Of a stretch of DNA of 64,000 nt, positions 1 through 7,886 are shown in pieces. The stretch is from Chloroflexota bacterium (GTDB lineage Bacteria; Chloroflexota; Limnocylindria; Limnocylindrales; CSP1-4), in the NCBI GenBank assembly GCA_017881915.1, contig JADGQK010000002.1:18326-82325 (forward strand). Reading direction: 5' to 3'. Each line of letters opens with the position of its first letter. Position 1 is the first letter of the stretch. The notes beneath the pieces were generated by a model that did no database searches, had not been told where the DNA came from, and saw only the letters and a list, made by a program, of their open reading frames with translations. The translations under genes and the position numbers were made by a program.

Positions 1-1
1 G

Positions 2-118
2 CGGCCGGTACCGGCAGCCGGCCGGGGCGGCCTGGTTTGCGCCCATTGCGGCTTCGCCTCTGCCCACGAGCGCGCCTTCTACTGCCCGAAGTGCGGCATG
101 CGACTCCTGCGCGGATAA
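2..118 (+). CDS. 3' end of a zinc-ribbon protein (partial, runs off the window start)
   Basis: Frame 2 reads ...LVCAHCGFASAHERAFYCPKCGMRLLRG*, with two CxxC pairs and TAA at 116-118. Confidence 0.6.
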   Translation, partial: RPVPAAGRGGLVCAHCGFASAHERAFYCPKCGMRLLRG

Positions 119-129
119 TCGCCGACCTG

Positions 130-510
130 ATGCCCACCTACGACTACATCTGCTCGAATTGCGGCAGGACGACCGAGGTCGTCCACTCGATCAACGGCAG
201 CGGGCCCGGCGCCTGCCCGGCCTGTGGAGCCCAGGGGACCCTGAGCAAGGCATTCAACCCCCCGACGGTCCATTTCAAGGGCTCTGGCTGGGCCAAGAAG
301 GATCGCCGCCCAGGCCGACCGAAGCCGGCCAAGCCGGCCGAATCGACCGAGTCCGGTCCATCCGGCGGCACAGGCCGACAGGGCGGCAGCTCCTCCGATA
401 CGGGTAGTGGAGGCAGCGACGGCAGCGCCAGCGGGACCGAGGCGAAGTCGGGTCCGGTCGCCGAGAAGGCCGCCCCAGCCGCGGCGTCGCCCACCTCGGT
501 GGCGGACTGA
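130..510 (+). CDS. FmdB family zinc-ribbon regulatory protein with Ser/Gly-rich tail
   Basis: MPTYDYICSNCG...CPACG...FKGSGW signature; ATG at 130. Confidence 0.9.
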   Translation: MPTYDYICSNCGRTTEVVHSINGSGPGACPACGAQGTLSKAFNPPTVHFKGSGWAKKDRRPGRPKPAKPAESTESGPSGGTGRQGGSSSDTGSGGSDGSASGTEAKSGPVAEKAAPAAASPTSVAD

Positions 511-512
511 TC

Positions 513-746
513 GTGGCCGCACCTTCGGACTGGATCACCCTGGCCGAGGCTGCCCGGATCCTGGCCGCGGCGAACATCCAGTTTCGGGCGGAGACGATCG
601 GACGCTGGGCAAGGACGGGACGGCTCCAGAGCATCAAGCTCGGTGGGCGCCGCTTCGTGCGTCGGGGCCAGGTCAGGGCGTTGGTCGCGGCGCCTCGGCA
701 TGTCCGCGCCGGAGACCTCCAGCCGGGGCTCTTCGAGGAACTCTAG
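513..746 (+). CDS. Small MerR-like/excisionase-type HTH DNA-binding protein (BldC-like)
   Basis: ITLAEAARIL...TIGRWARTGRLQSIKLGGRRFV...VRAL matches the HTH_17/BldC pattern. Confidence 0.8.
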   Translation: MAAPSDWITLAEAARILAAANIQFRAETIGRWARTGRLQSIKLGGRRFVRRGQVRALVAAPRHVRAGDLQPGLFEEL

Positions 747-807
747 GATCATCATCCTCGCACCTCCGGCGCCCGAGCCGCCCGAGCCGCCCGGCCGTTT
801 CGGCCGG

Positions 808-1671
808 TTGAAGCATGCCTGGAACCGTTTCCTCGTCCGGCGCCTGCCGCGCCGAATGAGGGCGGTGTTGGCTGCCTACGGACGGATCGGCGGGGGGATC
901 CTGGCCGACGGACTTGCCTATAACGCGCTCTTCGCGCTGCTGCCCGCCCTGCTCCTCGTTGTCGCTGTCATCGGTTTCATCGTCCACGAGCCGGCTCGCC
1001 AGGCGCAGATCGTGGACGCGATTGCGGCCAACCTGCCGCCGCTGCGCGACCTCCTTGGCCGGACGCTTGAGGCGATGGCCGCCGGCGCGACCGGAGTCTC
1101 GATCGTCGGCGTGGTCACCCTGACCTGGGGCGCCGGTCGTCTCGCCCGGGCCCTCGACACGAGCTTCGGCCGAGTCTTCAACCGGACTCCGGAACGGAGC
1201 ATCGTCCGCCGGTCGCTGCTGGGCGTGGCCTCGGTCCTCGTCCTGATCGTGGCCGTGGTCGTCGCCCTCGGACTGGCGTCGATCGCCTCGGCCGTGACCG
1301 CTGGGCTCGGCGATCGGACGGCCGAAGTTGATCTGGGCCGGCTCAGCCTGCTCAATCCCGTGGCGACGGCCCTGACCACGACGGTTGGCGTCGCGGCCGT
1401 CTATCGGTTCATCCCGGCCCACCACCCGCACTGGCGGGCGATCCGGATGCCCGCCTTTCTCGTCGGCGTGGCGACGGCCCTGTTCACCCAGCTGTTTGCC
1501 TTCGTCGCGCCCAGGTTGATCGGGATCGCGGTCCTGTACGGGGCAATCGCGGCCGTGTTCGCCGTGCTCGCGTGGCTGTCGATCGTGGCCCAGCTGCTCC
1601 TGGTCGGGCTTGTCTGGGTCCGTTTTCGCGAAGAAGGCTGGCCCGAGCCGGAGCCCCACAGGGAATCCTGA
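808..1671 (+). CDS. YihY/virulence factor BrkB family membrane protein (start uncertain: TTG 808 or ATG 856)
   Basis: LAYNALFALLPALL, YRFIP and LYGAIAAVFAVLAWL motifs; multiple TM helices. Confidence 0.85.
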   Translation: MKHAWNRFLVRRLPRRMRAVLAAYGRIGGGILADGLAYNALFALLPALLLVVAVIGFIVHEPARQAQIVDAIAANLPPLRDLLGRTLEAMAAGATGVSIVGVVTLTWGAGRLARALDTSFGRVFNRTPERSIVRRSLLGVASVLVLIVAVVVALGLASIASAVTAGLGDRTAEVDLGRLSLLNPVATALTTTVGVAAVYRFIPAHHPHWRAIRMPAFLVGVATALFTQLFAFVAPRLIGIAVLYGAIAAVFAVLAWLSIVAQLLLVGLVWVRFREEGWPEPEPHRES

Positions 1672-3114
1672 TCAGCTTTGGCGCGACCCGCAGCGGCGGC
1701 AGAAGCGAGCCGTCGCCGATAGTGCCAACCCGCAGCCCACGCACGACTGGACCCCAACCTGGGCCGCCGGCTGTCCCGCCGCTTCAGACACCTCCTGGGC
1801 CGAGGCAGTCCACATGTCCGCTTCCCGGGCGACGCGGCCCGAATCCCCCGACGCCCAGAATGGCGGGGTGCTCAGGTCCACACCGGGCCGGAGCGGTGCG
1901 GGCCATTGGGGTGCCTGGACCGGGGGAGACTGGATCACGGGCGGCGGGACAGCCGGCGTCACGTCGCGGGCGGGTACACCGATCTGGGTGGGCCAGGCCG
2001 GCATCTCGATTCGGTCGCTGGCGGGTACGACGAGCTCAGGCGTCGTCTCGACCCGCGGACCGATCCGGGCATCCATGATGGGAGCCGGTACGGCCGTCGC
2101 GTCGCGATCGCCGATTGGGGCCTGGACACGGAACCGACCGAGCAGGCGCGTGGTGCGTGCTGCGAGCTCCTCGGCTCGGGCGTCCGCCGTGATTTGGACG
2201 GCCGGCGCGGGTGCGTCGGCCGGGCCGACGGCGCGCTCGATGCGGTCCTCGTCCGGCTCGACGAGCGGCGCCGCGGTCGGCATCGACCGCAAGTCGGGCG
2301 GAGCGGGTGGAGCCGTGGTCTCGTCGGGGGTGGCGGGGTCAGCCGTGGTCGGGCCGACGGATTCCGACGGGGCCTCGGAATGGTGGCCGTTGGCCGGTTC
2401 GGCGATCGGCGCGTACCCGGTGAAGGGACGGGTCCAGAAATCAATCGAAAGCTCGCCCTCGGCACTGCCCGCTGGCGCCACGTCGCCGGAGGTCGTCGCT
2501 GGGCCGCCTTCGCCCTGGAGTTCCGGCGCGGCTGCCACCGGCGGCTCCGGCTCAGTGACGGCCTCAGCCGTCTGTTCGAAAACCGGTTCAGCCGGCGCAG
2601 TTCGGAACAGGTCGATCGTGGGCCAGGCGGTGCCAATCACCTCCTGCGGCAACGGCCCCTCGAGCTGGGCGAGACCATTGCCGTTCGCTGCCTGGCCAGC
2701 CGAGCCGTCTGGGTCGGCGAGCGGGCTGACCAGCGGCGTCATGCCGCCACCGGCGAGCAGGTCGTCGAAGGGCGACCCGAGCTGTCCCGCGCCGATCGAC
2801 AACGGTGCGCAGCTCAGGCAGCGACCCTCTGTCTCGTTCCAGCAGTTGGAGCAGGTGTATTGCCGGCACGCCATGCAGAACTGGAAGGTCTGGTGGAAGG
2901 CGTCGAGCTGCCCGCCGCTGACTTCGCGCTGCTCTTCCGAACGTGCCTCAGCGAGCGCTTCGTCAAGCGACGCGTCATCGCTCAGGACGTAGTTCTTCAG
3001 GCCCTTCGAAAGAACCTTGAGCTTGCCGATTCGGCGCTTCTTCGGAATGGCCGCCTCGAACGTGTAGCGGGTGCCACATCGTTCACAGAACGACTCGGTC
3101 AGGATCTCGGCCAT
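1672..3114 (-). CDS. Cys-rich zinc-finger protein with long Pro/Ala/Thr-rich linker and C-terminal zinc ribbon
   Basis: CERC...CMAC-x4-CSNC-x7-CLSC at the N-terminus, CVGC...CRRC at the C-terminus; ATG at 3114; upstream TATACT on the minus strand near 3170-3175. Confidence 0.8.
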   Translation of the reverse strand: MAEILTESFCERCGTRYTFEAAIPKKRRIGKLKVLSKGLKNYVLSDDASLDEALAEARSEEQREVSGGQLDAFHQTFQFCMACRQYTCSNCWNETEGRCLSCAPLSIGAGQLGSPFDDLLAGGGMTPLVSPLADPDGSAGQAANGNGLAQLEGPLPQEVIGTAWPTIDLFRTAPAEPVFEQTAEAVTEPEPPVAAAPELQGEGGPATTSGDVAPAGSAEGELSIDFWTRPFTGYAPIAEPANGHHSEAPSESVGPTTADPATPDETTAPPAPPDLRSMPTAAPLVEPDEDRIERAVGPADAPAPAVQITADARAEELAARTTRLLGRFRVQAPIGDRDATAVPAPIMDARIGPRVETTPELVVPASDRIEMPAWPTQIGVPARDVTPAVPPPVIQSPPVQAPQWPAPLRPGVDLSTPPFWASGDSGRVAREADMWTASAQEVSEAAGQPAAQVGVQSCVGCGLALSATARFCRRCGSRQS

Positions 3115-3303
3115 GCGACTTCCACGCGTGGGACAGGCCCGGGGTATCGCGCTCCCCAAGCGGGGCGAGAGTATAGCGCAGGGGTTTGACCCAACCCTGA
3201 GCCGCAGGTACCCCAAGGTAGCTCCCGATCGTACGGTTTGCCCGGCCGGCGGCATGACCGCCAGGGTCGATGGCCCGCCTTGCCTGCTAGACTCCGGCCG
3301 ACC

Positions 3304-4065
3304 ATGCAGCCGATCGCCGCGGTGGAGCGCTTCCTCGAGCGGTTGCTCGAACGTCCCACAGCTCGCCTCTTCCGTTCGCCACTCCAGCCGATCCAGATCC
3401 AGCGTCGGATCGAGCGAGTCATGGAGAACGAGCGTCGCGCCATCCACGCGCGGACGCGGGTGCCGGATCGCTATCGGGTCCATCTGGCCCCGGCCGACGT
3501 CGCGGCCCTTGGGGCACGGGCTCCCCAGCTCGCCGCGGATCTGGCCGATGAAGCCCTCGCCTTCGCCCGGAGCCACGGCTACGCCCTCGATCATGCTCCG
3601 ACGGTCGAGCTGGTCGTCGACCGATCGGTGGCCAGCGGCGAGGTTCGCGTCGCGGCCAATCGGGTCGACGTCCAGCTCGATCCAGCCGAGCAGGAGCCGG
3701 GCGGGCAACCGGGCAGCCCCGACTTCACGAACACGCGGGCATTCGAGATCCAACCCGTCGCGGCGCCGGCGGCCGCCCTTTTCGAGCAGCGGCCGGACGG
3801 GGCCGGTCGTCGGTTCGTCTTCGACGGGGGGCCGCTGACGATCGGCCGGGCCTCCGACAACAACCTCGTCCTGGACGATCGCCGGGTGTCACGTCACCAC
3901 GCCCGCCTGCAGGCGCGGCGCGGGATGCTGGTCCTCACCGACCTCGACAGCGCCAATGGCTCGCGGGTCAACGGGGTGGCCATCTCGGAGGTCGCCCTGG
4001 GGGCGGGCGACCGAATCGAGATCGGCATGACCGTCTTCGTGATCGAAGCCGTCGCGCCTGGTTGA
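3304..4065 (+). CDS. fhaA: FhaA-like protein (DUF3662 + FHA domain)
   Basis: N-terminal ERFLERLLE..FRSPLQPIQI (DUF3662-like); FHA motifs IGR, VSRHHA, SANGSRVNG. Confidence 0.88.
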   Translation: MQPIAAVERFLERLLERPTARLFRSPLQPIQIQRRIERVMENERRAIHARTRVPDRYRVHLAPADVAALGARAPQLAADLADEALAFARSHGYALDHAPTVELVVDRSVASGEVRVAANRVDVQLDPAEQEPGGQPGSPDFTNTRAFEIQPVAAPAAALFEQRPDGAGRRFVFDGGPLTIGRASDNNLVLDDRRVSRHHARLQARRGMLVLTDLDSANGSRVNGVAISEVALGAGDRIEIGMTVFVIEAVAPG

Positions 4066-4502
4066 TGGACCCTTACGTCGTCGCGATCTGGATCGTCCGG
4101 ATTGCCTTCCTCGGCGGCCTGTACCTGTTCATGTTCGGGGTCACCCGGCTGCTGCTCCGGGATCTGCGGGCTGCCGCCAGGGACCCCGGTGGGGCACTCG
4201 CCCGGCTGGTGGTCGTGGGGTCGGACGTCAGCGAGCCGCTGCGCGGGACGGTGTTCGGCCTGGATGCAGTCGCGACGATCGGCCGCGACGTGAACAACTC
4301 GATCGTGGTCGAGGATGAGTTCGCCTCGACGGAGCATGCCACCCTGACCTTTCGCGGGCGGGCCTGGTACGTCGAGGATCTCGGCAGCACGAACGGCACG
4401 TTCGTCAACGGGCTGCGCATCGAGGGCTTGCGTGCGATCGGCTACGGCGACGAGCTGCAGGTGGGCCGGGTTCGCTTCCGCTTCGAGCGATCCCGACGAT
4501 GA
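4065..4502 (+). CDS. fhaB: FhaB-like membrane-anchored FHA domain protein
   Basis: N-terminal TM helix followed by IGR...STEHA...DLGSTNGTFVNG. Confidence 0.88.
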   Translation: MDPYVVAIWIVRIAFLGGLYLFMFGVTRLLLRDLRAAARDPGGALARLVVVGSDVSEPLRGTVFGLDAVATIGRDVNNSIVVEDEFASTEHATLTFRGRAWYVEDLGSTNGTFVNGLRIEGLRAIGYGDELQVGRVRFRFERSRR

Positions 4503-5944
4503 CCCTCGCCGTCGGCCCCCGGGCCCGCCTCGTGATTAGCCGCATCCGGCCCCGGGCCCGCCGGCGCGAATCCGGCCTGATGATCGTCGTTGCCGTGGTG
4601 CTCCTCCTCGGGAGCGTGTCCCTCGGCGCGACCCAGCGTGAGCTGGCCGGCCAGAAGGTCAGCTGGCTGCCGGCCGACGCCGGCCAGCTCATCATCTACC
4701 TTGGCGCCCTCTTCGCCGGCCACGTCGCCCTGGTCCTGGCCGGTCGCCGCGCCGACCAGGTGCTCCTGCCCACGATCGGCCTGCTCGGGGGCGTCAGCCT
4801 CATCCTGATGGAACGGCTGCCCCAGTCGCTCGTCACCCAATCGCTGGCGGGCCGCACGTTCGGGCTGGCCTCGATCCAGCTCGGCTGGCTGCTGCTTGCG
4901 CTGGCCGTGATCACGATCGTCGCGCTGGCGGTCCGCTCAGACGCCTGGCTCCGCCGTTACAAGTACACCTGGGCAGCCGCCGGAATCGGCTTGTTGTTGC
5001 TGACCTTCCTGTTCGGCAACGAAGTGAATGGGGCCCTCCTGACGATCCAGATCGGACCGCTGAGTGGCCAGCCGACCGAGCTGATCAAGGTGATCCTGGT
5101 CATCTTCCTGGCCGGCTACCTGTCGGAATTCCGGCCGATCCTGGTCGAGGCGAGCATGCGCCTGGGTCCGCTTCGGCTGCCGCCCGTGCCCTACCTGCTA
5201 CCGATGCTGGCGATGTGGGCGATGGCCCTCGGAATCGTCGTGATCCAACGCGACCTGGGCGCCGCCTTGCTCTTCTTCGCTGTGTTCCTCGCCCTCGTCT
5301 ACATCGCGACCGCCCGAGCAAGCTACGTGGTCATCGGCCTGGTGCTGTTCGCGGCGGGCAGCGCCATCGCCTACCAGCTCTTCGGCACGGTCCGCGATCG
5401 AGTCGACATCTGGATCAACCCGTTCCTCGATGCGAGCGGCAAGGGCTACCAGGTCGTCCAGTCGCTGTATGCGTTCGCCCGCGGCGGGATTCTCGGGACC
5501 GGGCTGGGAGCCGGCCTGCCCCTGGTGGGCGGCCGCCTGCCCATTCCGGCAATCCACACCGACTTCCCATTCGCCGCGCTCGGCGAGGAGCTTGGCCTGA
5601 TCGGCGTCGTGGCGATCCTTGGCCTCTACCTGATCGTGATCGAGCGAGGCCTGCGCGTGGCGGCCTCGGCGGCCGACGACTTCCGCTCACTGCTCGCGGC
5701 CGGCCTGACCCTCGTCGTGGGCGTCCAGGCGTTCATCATCGCGGCCGGCAACCTCAAGCTGATCCCGTTGACCGGGGTCACCCTGCCGTTCATCAGCTAC
5801 GGCGGGTCGTCGCTGCTTGCCAACGGCGTCGTGATCGGCCTGCTCCTGGCCCTGTCCGATCGCGGCGTGGAGCCGCCGCCACCACCCCAGGTCGGCCGCG
5901 GTCGCCCGCGCTTCCTGGGTGGATCCCGGCGGGCAGCCCGATGA
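4499..5944 (+). CDS. rodA: SEDS family peptidoglycan glycosyltransferase RodA/FtsW
   Basis: QPTELIK, QRDLGAA, PAIHTDF, GEELG and IPLTGVTLPFISYGGSSL motifs. Confidence 0.95.
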   Translation: MTLAVGPRARLVISRIRPRARRRESGLMIVVAVVLLLGSVSLGATQRELAGQKVSWLPADAGQLIIYLGALFAGHVALVLAGRRADQVLLPTIGLLGGVSLILMERLPQSLVTQSLAGRTFGLASIQLGWLLLALAVITIVALAVRSDAWLRRYKYTWAAAGIGLLLLTFLFGNEVNGALLTIQIGPLSGQPTELIKVILVIFLAGYLSEFRPILVEASMRLGPLRLPPVPYLLPMLAMWAMALGIVVIQRDLGAALLFFAVFLALVYIATARASYVVIGLVLFAAGSAIAYQLFGTVRDRVDIWINPFLDASGKGYQVVQSLYAFARGGILGTGLGAGLPLVGGRLPIPAIHTDFPFAALGEELGLIGVVAILGLYLIVIERGLRVAASAADDFRSLLAAGLTLVVGVQAFIIAAGNLKLIPLTGVTLPFISYGGSSLLANGVVIGLLLALSDRGVEPPPPPQVGRGRPRFLGGSRRAAR

Positions 5945-7434
5945 ACCAGCGTGACCGGGCGCCGATGGGCCGAGGGATCGCCCGAATTGGCCTGATCCTC
6001 AGCCTCCTTTTCGGCCTGATCGCCGTCGGCGCCGGGTACTGGCAGGTGGTCCGCGCGTCCGAGCTCAGCCGGGCGGCCGACAACCCCCTGGTGATCGCCG
6101 CGGCCCGGGACCTGGTCCGGGGCAGGATCCTCGATCGTACCGGGCTGGTCCTCGCCACGAGCAAGCGCGACACGAACGGCGAGCCGTATCGAACCTACGC
6201 CGATCGGTCGCTTGCGCCGTTGATCGGCTATGCCTCGCCGGTCTACGGGACGGCCGGCCTCGAGCGTGCCTACAACGCCCAGCTCAGCGGCCTGGGCAGT
6301 GCCAATTCGCTGGACGACCTGCTGTACAAGCTGGCCCCCAGCAGACGCCAGGGCGATGAACTCACCCTGAGCCTTTCGCTAAAGCTGCAGGAGGCGGCGG
6401 TCAAGGCCCTGGGAGCCGACCGGGGGGCCGTGGTCATGCTCGACCCCCGGACCGGGCGCGTCCTGGCCATGGCTTCGACCCCGGTCTTCGACGCAAGCGC
6501 GATCGCCAACCCAGTGACTGCCCAGGCGGCCTTCAATCGGACGTCCGCAGCAGCCGGCCAGCCGTTTCTCGATCGGGCCACGATGGGCCGCTACGTACCC
6601 GGCTCGGTGTTCAAGATCGTGACCTCGGTCGCCGCCCTCGGCTCGGGCGCCATCAACGCGTCCACCAGTTACTCGCAGCAGCCCGCCGCCGAGCAGACGG
6701 GCCTGCTCGTGTCCGGCTTCCGGATCCACGACGGCCATCACGATTTCACGGGTTCCCAGGCGCTCGACTACGACCAGGCGATCGAGGTCTCGTGCAACCT
6801 CTACTTCGCCCTGACCGGCCTGCGTACCGGCGGCGCCGCTCTCGCCGATTGGGCTGGCCGGCTGGGCTTCGGGGCTCCGATCCCGTTCGACCTGCCCACC
6901 GCCAGCAGCCAGGTGACAAACGGCGGCGGCTCGTTCGGCGGCGGTTTCAGTGACGCCGTCGAGCTGGCTAACGCCGCCTATGGCCAGGCCGAGACCCTCG
7001 TCACGCCGCTCCAGATGGCCCTCGTAGCCGCGAGCGTGGCGAACAGCGGAATCCTGATGAAGCCCGAACTGGTCACCGGGATCGCCGGTCCGAACGGCAA
7101 CCAGACGATCGCTCCAGAGGTCTGGCGGACCGTCATGACCCCGGCCGTGGCCGGCACGATCGGCAACGCAATGCGGCTCGCCGTGGAGAGTAACTGGGGC
7201 CGGATCTTCACGTCCGGCGCCGCGATCCCCGGGATTCTCACGGCCGGCAAGACCGGCACCGCCCAGATCGGCGGCAGCGCCGAGCCGAACTCGTGGTTCA
7301 TCGGCTATGCCCCGGCCAACGATCCCAAGGTGGCGATCGCGGTCATCGTTGAGCAGGGCGGCCACGGTTCGGCTCGCGCAGCGCCGATCGCCGGGTCGTT
7401 GATGAGCCTGTGGCTCAAGACCCTGAACCCGTGA
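5941..7434 (+). CDS. pbpA: Class B penicillin-binding protein (PbpA-like transpeptidase)
   Basis: RGRILDR; catalytic motifs SxxK (PGSVFK), SxN (SCN) and KTG (GKTGTAQ); ATG overlaps the rodA stop. Confidence 0.93.
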   Translation: MNQRDRAPMGRGIARIGLILSLLFGLIAVGAGYWQVVRASELSRAADNPLVIAAARDLVRGRILDRTGLVLATSKRDTNGEPYRTYADRSLAPLIGYASPVYGTAGLERAYNAQLSGLGSANSLDDLLYKLAPSRRQGDELTLSLSLKLQEAAVKALGADRGAVVMLDPRTGRVLAMASTPVFDASAIANPVTAQAAFNRTSAAAGQPFLDRATMGRYVPGSVFKIVTSVAALGSGAINASTSYSQQPAAEQTGLLVSGFRIHDGHHDFTGSQALDYDQAIEVSCNLYFALTGLRTGGAALADWAGRLGFGAPIPFDLPTASSQVTNGGGSFGGGFSDAVELANAAYGQAETLVTPLQMALVAASVANSGILMKPELVTGIAGPNGNQTIAPEVWRTVMTPAVAGTIGNAMRLAVESNWGRIFTSGAAIPGILTAGKTGTAQIGGSAEPNSWFIGYAPANDPKVAIAVIVEQGGHGSARAAPIAGSLMSLWLKTLNP

Positions 7435-7682
7435 GCGGCGAGCGCGACGAGCACGATGCGCCCGCGGCGGATGCTGGCGCGGCGGATCGTGGCGTGTCCC
7501 GGGAGAAGCGGCCCTTGCTCGAGCGCCTGGGTCTGGCCCTGATTGCCCTGGTCATTGGCGGGCTCTTCGGCGGGATGGCCCTGGCCGCATTGATCGGCGG
7601 CGAGCTGTTCCTCGCAGTCATGGCCGGGGTGGGCTGCGCGATGACCCTGTGGGTAGGTGGCCTGACTCTCGTCCGCGGCTGA
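7431..7682 (+). CDS. Small two-TM membrane protein
   Basis: GTG overlaps the pbpA stop; charged N-terminal tail then two hydrophobic helices. Confidence 0.7.
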   Translation: MSGERDEHDAPAADAGAADRGVSREKRPLLERLGLALIALVIGGLFGGMALAALIGGELFLAVMAGVGCAMTLWVGGLTLVRG

Positions 7683-7886
7683 CCCGAGCCCCCGCTCGCG
7701 GCCCAGCCGTGGGCACGACGCCTGGGGTCGGTTCCGCTGTTAACTCCGCGATCACCGCCGCTCACGGCGCGCTGATCAAGCGGCGCGACGATCGGCAGCG
7801 TGCATTGCGCAACTCGAGCCTCGCGCAACCTGTGGCAGTGGTCACGGGGCAGTCGGTCGGGCTCGGTGCCGTCGGGCCGGCCGCGT

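Noticed and set aside
513..746. Phage excisionase marking a mobile element
   Set aside because: No integrase or att sites; the gene is tightly coupled to fmdB in a housekeeping context.
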